From: Squalus acanthias
Lineage: Eukaryota
Reading direction: 5' to 3'
DNA: 64,000 nucleotides
Assembly (NCBI GenBank): GCA_030390025.1
Contig: CM059431.1
Coordinates: 134,170,001-134,234,000, forward strand
Below the pieces are notes generated by a model that saw only the letters and a program-made list of their open reading frames with translations, made no database searches and was not told the DNA's origin. A program made the translations under genes and the position numbers. This document shows positions 1 to 13,481 of this stretch, one piece after another (position 1 is the first letter of the stretch; each line of letters opens with the position of its first letter).

Positions 1-1270
1 CAACCCCACGGAAAGGTAAAGATTCAGCCCTTACTGTTCCTTTTTGGCCAGAAACAAATTGAATGCCTGTTTAAGCTGCGGTAGGTTCAAAGCTCACCCA
101 CATCACGTTAATTATGCTAAACCCAGAAATTTGGACAGGTTCATTCCTTGTTGTCACAGATGGGTACGATTCCCACCACATCTGCTGCTTCCAGGATGGG
201 GCACAAAAATCATCTCCTTTGCATTTACTCCCAGTTTAGAAACACGCTGGAGGCGATTTTCCCTGAATACTTTAGGTGCTAAAGAGCCTCCGAGGTGGCC
301 AAGATGGGGTCTTGAGCTGCAACACCTGTTTCGGCTGCGTTTAGCGCAAGACGCAATTCTTGGTAAAGTAATTGAAGTGCGCACTAGAACCAGCTGCCCG
401 GAGGATCATTAAGGGTCTGATTGACAATTAAAGAGGTTGCACGGCATTTTTGTGGCTAGCGCTTCGACTACCACCCTCTCCTAATAGCAACCAGTTGAAC
501 AAGAGTTCTGAGGATTTTGAGCACTACTTGAAAGCATGCTCAGCTTTCACTGTTTACTTGCTGCTGAAGGTTTGTAGAGGATTTTGAGACATATTGGGAG
601 ACTTTCTGGGACAGTTTGTCGGGACTTCACCAACAATCTTACAACATTTATTCCGGAAATGCTCTGAGGACTTCACCTAAAGAGAGCGAGTGCTGTGCTA
701 CTCTATCTTATTGGACACTTATAGGATTCACCAGGAATAAAGGATAATGGGCATCTTGCTAGGGATCCCTGGAGGAGGACAGGAGGCCAGACAAAGCAGC
801 ACCAGCTGCTTCAGGAGAGAGGGACAGGAGGGCGAGGTAGACTCCTTCCCCGCCATGGGTACAGGACATCCCTCCTCCTCTGAAATCCTCAACCAGGACC
901 TCCAGTGTCACATCCGAGAACCTGTACGTCCTCTTCCTCAGTCCCTGAGCCACCCTGAAACGTGCCGTTGTGTGTCAGCCAGCGCACTCCACACCTTCAG
1001 TGGAAGTGGGTGTGTGGAGGCTACATATACCGCTCCATGAAAATTGCTTCTAATCAGCGCTTGAGTGTTAAACCTGCAGGTGTCAGCAATTAGCCCCAAA
1101 ATTGCATACTGAAACCTGTTTTCACCCTTTCACCAAAATAACCCCCGCTGTACCTCAGGCACCAGGATGTCTGTTTCCCTAGTTTAAAAAGATGCTGTTC
1201 CTCAGGTACCAGGATACTCTCCACTTTTAAATCACAGAAAACACAATGGACCCATGACGTCTAAGTTATA

Positions 1271-2207
1271 CAAAAGCAAAATACTGCGGATGCTGGAAAT
1301 TTGAAATAAAAACATTAAATGCTGGAAATACTCAGCAGGTCAGGCGAAAGGTCATTGACCTGAAATATTGGCCCAGAAATTTGACTCGGAGGCTTGCCGC
1401 GGGGGTAAGGATCGCGCGCGATATCACATACCGCGTCTGCCGTCCTTGTTTGCCCCCGCAGGAACTTCGGGTCCTGGGCCTCTCCCTAGTGCCGGCGCGC
1501 AGTGTGTGCGTGTCCCAGGGGCGCAGTTAGTGCGATGCGACCTCTGGGATCACGTGGGCCATGGAGAGCCAATGGCAGCAGACCATCTTTCATTCATAGA
1601 TTTGACAGGAGACCTGTCAAATCTGTCAATTGAAAGAGGCCCCAAAAGAACAGCTAAACGTCAAATAAATAAAAAAAAAAAACCATCACATTAATAAAAT
1701 AACTATAGTTAAATAAATTAACCACTTTAAACAAAAATGTAAATTTTTGAAAAAATTAAAAAAAAATTTAAAAGTTATAAAAATAAACTTACCTTTCTTT
1801 AAAGTCTCTAAAAAAGATAAACCTGTTGAAAAAAATTAAAAATTATACTTAATTAACTACTTACCTTGTTCAAAAGGGGTCTTACGCCTCCTTTTTACTT
1901 GTGTAGAATCTTCCATACTTACCCTCGCGTTGAAACCTGAAAAAAAACCTAAGTGTGCTGCGTGCGCGCAGCCTCTAGTGCGCATGCGGTTCACCTAGGA
2001 ACCGCCCCCTTCGCCATACCGGAAGTGCCGGTTTCCCGCGCATGTGCAGTGCATGCAGGAAACCGGCACTTCGGGAACGAATACGGGTGAGGACGCACTG
2101 AGTACTCACCCGTTCTCGGCCGAATTTTTGGGCCATTAACTCTGTTTCTCTGTCCACAGATGCTGCCTGATCTGCTGAGTATTTCCAGCATTTTCTGTTT
2201 TTATGTA
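1271..2207. mobile_element. Short inverted Penelope-like (pLTR) insertion, interrupted by a MITE
   Basis: Arm 1317-1346 (aaatgctggaaatactcagcaggtcaggc) is an inverted match to about 2165-2193. Flanked by taagttata at 1262-1270 and 2208-2216. Contains gaaaggtcattgacctgaaa, resembling a truncated hammerhead stem II. Confidence 0.6.
1370..2134. mobile_element. Non-autonomous Harbinger-type MITE (765 bp)
   Basis: TIRs GGCCCAGAAATTTG / rc GGCCCAAAAATTCG; 3-bp TSD ATT (1367-1369, 2135-2137); no transposase. Confidence 0.8.
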
Positions 2208-2624
2208 TAAGTTATAGTTGTTCAATAACTTCAGAATCCTCTTCGTGGAAGAGCTGCCTGGAGACACCAAGCAAGTCTGCTGCTCGCCTGGGTCAAAAAA
2301 ATGAGGCACGAGGCTCAATATCAGGTGGGCTTCAAGTCGAACCTGTTCTGGTGCAGGCATCATTCCCTGCCAAGCCAGCGCGAACCAATTTCTAGGTCAG
2401 TGCCTCAGAATTTTCAACACATGTTGACTAGTGTGGTGGAGTCCACAATCTGAATGTGTGGGCTTCTGCTGCATGGAATCAAAATTCTACAATCCACCAA
2501 TGAACTCTCATACTGTTGCCATGCAGGCTCTGGACCCTATTACTTTGTAATCTTTGGACAGTCAAGGAAATTGTAACCATAGGGGATTCAGTAATCAACA
2601 TGTTCTCCTTGAGTCCACTCATTC

Positions 2625-3108
2625 AACAACAACTTACATTTATATAGCACCTGTAACATAGTAAAACGTCCCAAGGCTCTTTTACGGGGGCATTTTCAGA
2701 CAAAATTTGACACCAAGCCGCATAAAGAGATATTAGGAAAGGTGACCAAAAGCTTAGGTTTTAAGCAGCGATTTAAAGGGAGAGAGGCAGAGGGAGAGAG
2801 GTTTAGGGAGGGAATTCCAGAGCTTCAGGCCTAGGTAGCTGAAGAAATGACCACCAATAGTGGAGCGAAGGAAATGAGGGATGCGCAAGAGCCCAGAATT
2901 GGAGGAATGCACAGATCTTGTAGGGTTGTAGGAGGTAACATAGATATGGAGGGGATAGGCCATGGAGGGATTTAAACACCGGGATGAGAATTTTTAAATT
3001 GAGGCGTTGCCAAACCGAGAGCCAATATAGGTCAGCAAGCACAGGGGTGATGGGTGATTGGGACTTGGTGCGAGTTGGGATATGGGAAGCAGAGTTTTGC
3101 AAGTCCTG
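2625..3108 (-). mobile_element. L2-type LINE 3' fragment
   Basis: ITPVLADLYWLSVWQRLNLKILI C-terminal motif in ORF 2803-3138, plus (caa)n-cttacatttatatagcacc tail. Confidence 0.75.
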
Positions 3109-5820
3109 CCACATCCAGTCGTGAATAATGGTGGACAATTAAACAACTAACGGGAAGAGGAGTATCCACGAACATCCCCATCCTCAATGATGGAGGAGCC
3201 CAGCACATGAGTGCAAAAGTCAAGGCTGAAGCGTTCGCAAACATTTTCAGCCAGAAGTGCCGAGTGGATGATCCATCTCGGCCTCCTGCTGAGATCCCCA
3301 CCATCACAGAAGCCAGTCTTCAGCCAATTCGATTCACTCCATATGATATCAACAAACGTGTGCACTGGATACAGCAAAGGCTATGGGCCCCGACAATATC
3401 CCAGCTGTCGTGCTAAAGACTTGTGCTCCAGAACAGGCCGCACCTCTAGCAAAGCTGTTCCAGTACAGCTACAACACTGGCATGTACCCGACAATGTGGA
3501 AAACTGACCAGGTATGTCCTGTCCACAAAAAGCAGGACAAATCCAATCCGGCCAATTACCGCCCCATCAGTCTACTCTCAATCATCAGCAAAGTGATGGA
3601 AGGGGTCTTCAACAGTGCTACCAAGCGGCACTTACTTACCAATAACCTGCTCACTGATGCTCAGTTAGGGTTCCGCCAGGACCACTTACCTCATTACAGC
3701 TTTAGTCCAAGCATGGACAAAAGAGCTGAATTCCAGAGGTGAGGTGAGAGCGACTGCCCTTCATCAATGCAGCATTTGACCGAGTGTGACTCTCCACTGG
3801 CTGGAGTCATACCTAGCACAAAGAAAGATGGTAGTGGTTGTTGGAGGTCAATCATCTCAGCCCCAGGACATCGCTGCAGGAGTTCCTCAGGGCAGTGTCC
3901 TAGGCCCAACTATTTTCAGCTCCTTCATCAATGATCGTTCCTCCATCATAGGTCAGAAATAGGAATGTTCGCTGATGATTGCACAGTGTTCAGTTCCATT
4001 CGCAACTCTTCAGCTAACGATGCAGTCCATGCCCGCATGCAGCAAGACCTGGACAACATTCAGGCTTGGGCTGATAAGTGGCCAGTAACATTCATGCCAC
4101 ACAAGTGCCAGGCAATGACTATCTCCAACAAGAGAGAGTCTAACCACCTCCCCTTGCCATTCAACGGGATTACCATCACAGAATCCCCCACCATCAACAT
4201 TCTGGGGGGTCACCATTGACCAGAAACTTAACTGGACCAGCCACATAAATACTGTGGCAACAAGAGCAGGTCAGAGGCTGGGTATTCTGCGGCGAGTGTC
4301 TCATAGAATCATAGAATGGTTACAGCACAGAAGCTGGCCATTCGGCCCGTCATGACATCTCTCTACAAGAGCACTTCAGCTATTCTCACTCCCCCGCCCT
4401 TTCCTCGTAGCCCTGCAAGTTTTTTTCCTTCAGGTACTTATCCAATTCCCTTTTGAAAGCCACGATTGAATCTGCCTCCACCACCTTTTCAGACATTGCA
4501 TTCCAGATCATAACCACTCGCTGCGTAAAAATGTTTTTCCTCATGTCGTCTTTGGTTCTTCTGCCAATCACCTTAAATCTGTGTCCTCTGGTTTTCACCC
4601 CTCCACCAATGGGAACAGTTTCTCTTTATCTACTCTGTCTAGACCCATCATGATTTTGAACACCTCTATCAAATCTCCTCTCAACCTTCACTGCTCTAAG
4701 GAGAACAACCCCAGCTTCTCCAGTCTATCCACGTAACTAAAGTCCCTCATCCCTGGAACCATTCTTGTAAATCTTTTCTGCACCCTCTCTAAGGCCTTCA
4801 CATCCTTCCTACAGTGCGATGCCCAGAATTGGATTCAATACTCCAGTTGAGGCAGAACCAGTGTTTTATAAAACTTCATCATAACTTCCTAACTTTTTGT
4901 ACTCTATGCCTCTATTTATAAAGCCCAGGATCCCGTATGCTTTTTTAATCGCTTTCTCAACCTGCCCTGCCACCTTCAACGATTTGTGCACATATACCCG
5001 CAGGTCTCTCTGTTCATGCACCCCCTTTAGAATTGTACCCTTTAGTTTATATTGCCTCTCCTCATTCTTCCTACCAAAATGTATCGCTTCACACTTTTCT
5101 GCGTTAAATTTCATCTGCCACGTGTCCGCCCATTCCACCAGCCTGTTTATGTCCTCTTAAAGTCTATCACTATCCTCCTCACTGTTTACTATACTTCCAA
5201 GTTTTGTGTCATCTGCAAATTTTGAAATTGTGTCCTGTACACCCAAGTCCAAGTCATTAATATATATCAAAAAAAGCAGTGGTCCTAGTAGTACCCCCGG
5301 GTAACACCTCGTGACTTTCTATCATCTACAATGCCACAAGTCAGGAGTGTGATGGAATACTCTCCACTTGCCTGGATGCGTGCAGCTCCAACAACACTCA
5401 ACAAGCTCGACACCATCCAGGACAAAGCAGCCCACTTGATTGGCACCCCATCCACCATCTTAAACATTCACTCCCTCCGCCACTGGCGTACCGTGGCTGC
5501 AGTGATGCACTGTGGCAACTCACCAAGGCTTCTTCGACAGCAGCTCCCAAACCCGCAATCTCTACCAACTAGAAGGTCAAGGGCAGCAGGCCACCATCAC
5601 CTCCAAGTTCCCTTTCAAGTCACACACCATCCTGATTTGCTCCTTCATCATTGCTGGGTCAAAATCCTGGAATTCCCTCCCTCACAGCACTGTGGGAGTA
5701 CCTTCACCACATGGACTGCAGCAGTTCAAGAAGGCAGCTCACCACCACCTTCTCAAGGGCAATTAGGGATGGGCAATAAATGCTGGCCTTGTCAGTGACA
5801 CCCACATCCCATAAACAAAT
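3109..5820 (+). mobile_element. Degenerate CR1-group LINE ('family B', 3' end gggcaataaatgctggcc), split by a CR1 insertion
   Basis: RT motifs GPDNIP, NYRPISLLS and MFADD in fragmented ORFs. The sequence resumes at about 5323 after the insertion and ends in the family 3' tail. Confidence 0.8.
4304..5310 (-). mobile_element. 5'-truncated CR1 LINE
   Basis: ORFs 4866-5138 (WQMKFNAEKC) and 4386-4598 (TRGHRFK..FTQRVV); (catagaat)n tail at about 4302. Confidence 0.85.
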
Positions 5821-6829
5821 AAAAAAGTGTGGGAGGTGGGAGGCTGGCTAGGATCAGTGGGCACGTTGAGACAAAGTTCAGTAGCAAGAGCAGACAGGGA
5901 AGAGGCATGCATGATTTAGTTGTTGCTGGATGAAAACATCTCTGAACTTTTGCAGATCCCTTATCCAATGCGTGCACAGAATTCATGCAGGGCCAGGATA
6001 CCCCCACAGACGCTCAATTGTTGCAGCCTACAACTGTGCCATCTGAGTCTTTTCATATTCGGTGTAGTTCTTTGAAGATAACCCAGATTCTTTCTTTATG
6101 GATAGGTAATTAGCATATTAATTATTTCTATTACTCAAGAAGATGCAATATACACATTTTGTTTTCTTTGCTGACTGGAGAATTGTTTATTAGGCCAGTT
6201 CTAGAATAAATGCACCACGACCACCCCCCACTGATGCCAGCTGCTATCCTCCCGATCGCCACCGACCTCTACCAACCCTTCTTGATCCAAGCCACAGCTA
6301 CACTCCCTACCAATCACCACTACCCTCACTCCTAATGACCGCTATCCTCTCTCCCGATCGCCCCCCTTCTCAGTCAACCCTCTCCTGATCTCTCCCTCTC
6401 CTGTTCATCCCCCGTCCCAGTCACCTCCATTCCCAGTTCCCTTTAAGGACTTACCTGAGGATCTTTGCTGTTGTTGCAGCGGCCCGATCATCGAGTCCTC
6501 TTCTCCAGTGGCCTCTTGGGGACACCCATTAGGTGTCTGCAGTTCACTGGCTCAATAATAATTAGGCACGAGGCCCAATATTACACGTGCCTCGGGCTTA
6601 TCCATTCAGGCACAGACATCGTTCCCCTTTGTTAGGTGCGCTCGAATTTCTTGGCCACTATTTTTTTTTAATTTATTTCACTTCTCCCACACTAAAAGAA
6701 AAGTCAGCTATCATTTTCCATTTTAAATTAACAATGTGTTGGCTTAAAATTACACAAAAAAGATATACAGAAATGTTATAATATGAAGCATTATGAATTT
6801 CTGCCAGCTAATTTTTTAATTTTCTCAGG

Positions 6830-9228
6830 ATGTGGGCGTTGTTGACAATGCTGGCATTTTTTGCCCATCCTAGTTGCCCTAAAGAAGCTGGTGGTGGACC
6901 TTCTTGCAGTCCGTGTTCCCGCAGTGTTCTTAGGTAAGGAGTTCCAGGATTTTGACCCCGCGGCAATGAAGGATCGGCGATACATTTTGTCCTTCTAGGT
7001 GGTGGAGGTCACGGGTTTGCGAGAGGTTGCTGAAGAAGCCTTGGCGAGTTGCTGTAGTGCATTCTGTAGATAGTGCACACTGCAGCCACAGTACACTGAT
7101 GGTGAAGGGAGTGGATGTTTAAGCTGCTGGATGGGGGTGCTTTGTTCTGGATGGTGTCAAGCTTCTTGAGTGCTGTTGCAGCTGCACTCATCCAACAACA
7201 ACAACTTGCATTTATATAGCACCTTTAACGTAGTAAAAAGTCCCAAGGTGCTTCACAGCAGCGTTATCAAACAACATCTGACACTGTGCCACATAAGGCG
7301 ATATTAGGACAGATGACCAAAAGCCTGGTAAAAGAGGTAGGTTTTAAGGAGTGTCTTAAAGAAGGAGAGGGAGAGAGGTGGAGAGGTTTAGGAAGGGAAT
7401 TGCAGAGCTTACTCCCAGGCAGCTAAAAACATGGCTGCCAATAGTGAAGCGATTAAAATCGGGGATGCGCAAGAGGCCAGAATTGGAGGAGCACAGATAT
7501 CTCGGAGGATTGTAGGGCTGGAGGAGATTACAGAGATAAGGGGGTAAAAATTCACTTGGTTGCGCCACCCGTTAGCGCCTTAAGAGGGCGCTAATGGGGC
7601 GCAAAGCCGCTAACGCCCGGGCGCAGCGATGTTTGCGCCGCTCGAGAACTTAACTTGAGATTGTGCGGCGGCGCTAAAACTTACCGCTGCGACCACCTGC
7701 GCGCGCAGATTGTGACGTCATTCCATGGTGCAACGCCCTTGGGGCGCCCCGTAGCGGAAATTGAGTGGCGCCCCCTGCCTTACCGCCTGGCGCTTCCAAC
7801 GACCAGAAGACTGGAACGCTATCAATCGCTGTGGGGCTGGGGGGGGGGCGCTATTTAAAGGGGGCCTCTTCCTGTCTTTTATTGTTGGTGGCATTTTTGA
7901 ACTACGCATTCTGAGAGAGAGAGGGAGAGACTTCTGGAGAGATTCAACGTTGTGTGAAGGAGTTTTGGGTACTGAGCAGCACTTTGCAGGTTCATTTTGA
8001 TTTGCCATTCCTTGTATCGATTTAGCAGAGACCGTGGGAGCTGCACTCTGAGCTCTTTGCCTGGTGCTCTCCATTGTTCTTTCCAGCACATTTGATGTGC
8101 AAGTCTCTCCAGGCCGAGATTCAAGGCAGCAATGAACTGGATGTGGATGGAAAGCAAGATTAACCATCCCCTTTAAGAACTGGCCCGTGCCATTGTGTGT
8201 GTGTTCCATTGCTGACTGACATTACATGAGCTTCGCCAGCGCTCCGAGTTAGCGCCTCACTGCTCGGCCTTTGCGCCTTAAGAGAGGTGTGCAGCGCCTG
8301 CTTTAGCGCTCCACTCACCTCCCGGGGCGGTAAAAGTGAAGTTTCCCGTCAATGCCGATAATTAGCGCCAGGCGCTAATATTTGCGTCCGGACGATATTT
8401 GCGCCCCAAATGGGGCGCGACCTAATTTCTACCCCAAGGAGCGGTGAGGCCATGGAGAAATTTGAAAACAAGGATGAGAATTTTAAAATTGAGGTGTCGC
8501 AAGACCAGGAGCTAATGTAGGTCAGCGAGCACAGGGGCGATGGTTGAACGGAACTTGGTGCGAGTTAGGATACGGGCAGCAGAATTTTGGATGAGCTCAA
8601 GTTTATGGAGGATGGAAGATGGGAAGCCGGCCAGGAGAGCATTAGAATAGTGAAGTCTAGAGTTAAAAAAGGCAAGGATGAGTGTTTCAGCAGCAGATGG
8701 GCTAAGGCAGGGGCGGAGTCAGGCAATGTTACGGAGGTGAAAGTAGGCAGTCTTGGTGATGGTGCGGATATGTGGTTGGAAGCTCATCTCGGGGTCAAAT
8801 ATGACACCAAGGTTGCAAACAGTCTGGTTCAGCCTCAGACAGTTGCCAGGGAAAGGGATGGAGTCGGTGGCTAGGGAACAGAGTTTGTGGTGGGGACCAA
8901 AGACAATGGCTTCGGTCTTTGCAATATTTAGTTGGAGGAAATTTCTGCTCATCCAGTACTGTGGAGAGTATTCCATCACACTTCTGACTTGTGCCTTGTA
9001 GATGGTAAAGAGGCTTTATGGAGTTAGGAGATGAGTCACTCGCCACAGAATACCCAGCCATGGGCCTGCTCTACTAGCCTCGGCATTTATGTGGCTCGTC
9101 CAGTTCAGTTTCTGGTCAATGGTGACACCCAAATGTTGATGGTGAGGTACTTGGCAACGGTATTGCCATTGAATGTCAAGGGGAGGTGGCTCTGCTCTCT
9201 CTTGTTGGAGATGGTCATTGTCTGACAA
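6830..9228 (-). mobile_element. Family B LINE 3' fragment interrupted by an L2 (about 7195-8957), which itself contains a Harbinger MITE
   Basis: Family B sequence stops at gctgcactcatcca (about 7194) and resumes at ggagagtattccatcac (about 8963). The L2 has a (caa)n tail and the NFLQLNIAKTEAIVFG motif. Confidence 0.75.
7541..8435 (+). mobile_element. Non-autonomous Harbinger derivative (895 bp), copy 1
   Basis: TIRs GGGGTAAAAATT / rc GGGGTAGAAATT; TSD AAG; homologous to both ends of the 19101-23209 element; the flanks rejoin into continuous L2. Confidence 0.9.
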
Positions 9229-9245
9229 TTAGCTGTTAATTAAAA

Positions 9246-9398
9246 GGGGGAAATTTTAACTTTGGGCAATAGTGTAAAACCGGTGATATCGGATCAGCCG
9301 CCCATTATACATCTCTCCCGATTTATATAATAAATATAATGGGCGGCTGATCTGATATTGCCTGTTTTGCACTATCCCCAAAAGTTAAAATTATCCCC
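9246..9398. mobile_element. Hairpin MITE (about 150 bp)
   Basis: About 63-bp imperfect inverted arms GGGG(G/A)(A/T)AATTTTAAC...GATCAGCCGCCCATTATA around an AT-rich spacer; Harbinger-like termini. Confidence 0.75.
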
Positions 9399-9919
9399 AA
9401 TGAGTCTTAAATTTCTTTAAAAGCCTCTCAGGTGGAACTTCAACAACTGTATTCTGAAAATCTAGGTAATCCCTCGATTGAATTTATCTGCTGATTTAAT
9501 TACTTCTTTAAAGATTTTGAGAAGATCTGTATGGCTTGACTTCTGCTCTTTAGATGAGTATTCCCATATAATACCTGCAACAATTTTGCCCACCACAGGT
9601 GTTGGACTAAGTAGTCTAGAATTTTAAAGTTTATATCCTATTCCTTTTTTGAACACTGGGATAACATTTGCTATTTTCAATTTTTAGGAGCTCCCTAAAT
9701 ACAGTTCCTGCATATATGGAGCTCCTAAAAACATTTATCAATTCCCTCACTTCACTTCCCTGACAAAATATTGATTGTATCCCATTTGGCTTAGGAGTGT
9801 CAAATTAAATTCCATGTGCATAATTTTAAAAACATTTTTTGCTTTACAATGGCTAAGTATTCATTTTAGATAGAAATGAGGCAGGCCCAGTATGAACATT
9901 TGCATTTTATTAACCATAC

Positions 9920-10041
9920 CTGAGAATATTTTTTATAGTACATCTGTTTCTCAACTTCCAGCTGCGACTGAGTATGTTGTAATTGCTTTTTTAGTTGATC
10001 TATTTCATCTTGGATTTTATCAGATTGGTTCTTCTGCTTTT
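9920..10041 (-). CDS. DZIP1: Next coding exon of the DZIP1-family gene (coiled coil), 122 nt, phase 1 to phase 0
   Basis: taacag acceptor and CAG|gtatgg donor. Splices in frame to the 13397-13481 exon (G+AA=Glu), giving EKQKNQSDKIQDEIDQLKKQLQHTQSQLEVEKQMYYKKYSQ, a heptad-like segment as follows the DZIP1 finger. Confidence 0.85.
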
Positions 10042-11799
10042 CTGTTAATATAACAATTATATAAAATAAGCCACAAAGAATTGTCAACATTTTTGAATAC
10101 ATACATACTTGAAACAAGTCTTTAGACCAAAATCTGAGATCTAAAAGTTCCAGATGGTCACAGAATAGAGAACATAGCATAAGAACAAAAAAAATCTGGA
10201 AGGATGAGAAAACATCTAGAGAGATAGCTAATCTATAAAAAATAGATAAATAGAAATAATCTGCTCAGTACAATAGGACAAGGTACAATTGGGCTGGTTA
10301 TAAGACACAACCATCAAATGTGGAAACTAAAAGCTATTTTCTTTACAGTCCAACAAATATGTCTTTGAAATTATAATAATGTTTTCAATATATTTGAAAA
10401 TACGAATGTAGGAATATGTAACAGTAAAATGTATTAATGTAGTGTCACTTCACCCACAGATCCCAGAACTAGACCCCATTATCCTTTCAGCCAATCCCTA
10501 AGCCATGTAAACAAGGAGCAATCAGATCATAGCACCATATCTGTAATGTATTTTCTGATGGTTTGAACCAATCATATTCTTTAACAGAATAAGTTTTATT
10601 GTGTTATACAGCCACGATGACAATTTCCTGTTTCCCCTCTCCCTTCAGCTAAACCTCTGCTTGGTCCTTCAATGAGATTAGGAGTTAGTTGGGATGATTT
10701 ACCTCCCTGATCACATATTTCTACTTTTATGGGCTGCTCTGTTGCAATTGTCAGTCTAACCCTCCTCCTCAGCATATTAATCATACTTAATAATAAAGAC
10801 CCAGAGATTCGTGCACTTGGCACATTTACGTTATAGGGCTCGTTTTATGGCACAAAAGTTCCAGGAAATTATGGTGCATGTGACTCACGCCACTCCTTAC
10901 GCCACACCTGGGACTTTTGCACCACACCACCATTTCCCTCGCCAAAAGCGTTGAACAGCTAATTTTCATAGCTCCGCTCCCTCAAATCAATTAAAGATTG
11001 GCGCTTGATGACCATTCTAATTCATACATCTATTGCTATTTAATCTCCATTATTTTTATTCTATTGTGAGTTTAACCTTTAATTACATAGGACATTTCCT
11101 ACAATCAACTGAATGAATCAATTACTTTTCCTTTTGTTAAAAACATCAGTACTCTGTTTACTAATGACCCTTTTTAAAATCAGATTATTTTGTTTTTATT
11201 TAAGCAATAGAAGAACATAAAATATTTAAAATATGGCAACACTGCTGAATGCGCAATCGTGTTTGACCCAGAGGCAAGAGGCAATGCACTAACAAGCCTT
11301 AAACCCATTTATGCTTAATTAATTAAATTGGCTGTATGTTAATTTGGTGTTAAAATATTTGGTGGGGTAATCGATACATTAACATTATGGGTTTAATGGG
11401 ATGTCAGTTTTGTGGGTTGAAAGGAGATATCAAGGATATTTCAGGACTATTCCGACCTGTTATTTATATTGTCGGACTACACACTGTAGGAACGGAAACT
11501 AATTTTCCCATCCAGGATTGACAAAATATATGAACTGAGGCAGCAAACTAGGTTGAAGTAGCAGAAGATCGATTTTAGCACAAGAAAGAAAGAGAAAGAA
11601 AAAAGAGAAAGACTAAAAGAACAAACTCTGCTCTCGAAGCCGGTTATATCTTTCATACAGTTGTTAATTACACGTCTGAAACTAAAGGGAAACTGTACTT
11701 GCTCGCTAAATATTGGTTATAAAGGTGTAAACAGCTCCCATTTTGTCAGTGCGGGTTTGCCAGCTTAGATAATTCAATATTTATTCCTATTTATATCTT

Positions 11800-12432
11800 A
11801 GAATCCATAGCGCACAGGAGGCTATTTGGCCTATCGTGACTGTGGCGGCTCTTTGAGAGTCCATTCTCCTGCTTTTTCCCCCCCATAACCGTGCAAATTT
11901 CTCCTTTTCAAGTATTTATCCAATTCACTTTTGAAAGTTACTATTAAATCTGCTTTCACCACCCTTTCAGCGAATGCGTTCCACATCGTAACAACTCACT
12001 GCGTAAAAACAATTCTCCTCATTTCCCCCCTGGTTTTTTGCCAATTATCTTAAATCTGTGTCCTCTGGTTACTGACCCGCCTGTCAATGGAAACAGTTTA
12101 TCCCTCTCTACTCTACAAAACCTCTCATACTTCTGAACACATCTATTAAATCTCCTCTTAACCGTCTCTGCTCCAAGGAGAACAATCCCAGCTTCTCTAG
12201 TCTCTCCACATAACTGAAGTCCCTCATCCCTGGTACCATTCTGGTAAATCTCGTCTGCACTCTCTCCTAGGCCACTTCCTGAAGTGTGGTGCCCAGAATG
12301 GGACACAATACTCCAGCCGAGACCTAACCTGTGATTTATAAAGCTTTACCATAACTTCCTTGATTTTGTACTCTATGCCTCTATTTACTTCATACTTCTC
12401 TGTATTAATTTCATCTGCCATGTGCCTGCCCA
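11800..12432 (-). mobile_element. CR1 LINE 3' fragment, degenerate
   Basis: LYKSQVRSRLEYCVPFW and TRGHRFKIIG motifs in minus-strand ORFs. Confidence 0.8.
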
Positions 12433-13396
12433 TTTTTCAGCAATTTACTGCTGGATATTTATTAAAAAACAAATACATTGGCTTGAAATTCCCGCTGAAG
12501 TCAATTCCTGCAATAAAATTAATTCTTAACCGGGGGGAGGTGAGGATTTATGCTGCTAGATTTTTCTTTGAAAACTGTCACTTTCATGTTTACCTAAAGT
12601 TCTCAGATAATCCTGCTGTTAAATCTTTTATCCATAATTCAATTACCAGGACTATCCATTGGCTGCGCAGTTACTGATTTGCCGCTATGCTTGTTGCAAT
12701 GTATTCTAATCAGTTCTCCAGCAAATTTTGGCATAAATTCAGCATTGGAGGTTCATCACCAATATCTGTTTCAGTGAATTCCATGGCAATATATAGCAGT
12801 GCATTACATTTTTAGCAAGTATTTGCTGGGTCAGATCAGTCATACCATGTTTATCAGAGATATTAAGTATTGGAGTATGGATCAGTACTTCTGATCCTGT
12901 TTACTATTATTGTTATACTACAATATTAAACCACATGAAGTAACTATTTTAGTTTCTAATGTAGATATGACTAAATACTTATGAAATAGATTGAAAAATA
13001 CATTAAAAAAATCTACAAGCAGCAGAAATAAAAAGGACAAAATTGTACAAAGTGATTACGATAGAGTCAAAGTTTGCATGGCTGAGGTCGAAATTACGCA
13101 GCACCTTAACAAAATCCACTTTAACCAATGAGTCAATGAGAACTCAATCTACCACCAGAGGTCATGATAAGCAGCTTTCATTAAATTTTGATTATTTGTT
13201 TTGCATTTGCTTGAAAAGTGGTGTATAAATGTGGATGTAATATATACAAATCTCTATTTTAAACATTTAAAGTAGAAGACAGTTCAAACATTTAATGCTG
13301 TACCAACCTCTGGCCATATGCTTCTGATTGTCTATTAATTTTATCGATGGAAAATTAGTTAAATTGGATTATGTTATTAAGAAGTTCATCACTCAC

Positions 13397-13481
13397 CAAC
13401 ATCAATTTGATCTGGGTGCCGACGTTGGATGTGACTTTGCATAAAAAAATAGTTCAGAAAGGTTTTGTCACAATATTGGCA
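13397..13481 (-). CDS. DZIP1: Internal coding exon of a DZIP1/iguana-family gene (C2H2 zinc finger), 85 nt, phase 0 to phase 1
   Basis: Polypyrimidine tract plus gcag acceptor and G|gtgagt donor. Translates CQYCDKTFLNYFFMQSHIQRRHPDQIDV, resembling the recalled DZIP1 finger (CxxCDKxFxNxxFxQSHIQRRH). DZIP1L is not fully excluded. Confidence 0.88.

Noticed and set aside
1..1200. Possible decayed Harbinger-related element
   Set aside because: No TIR pair, TSD or catalytic motif could be located within the window.
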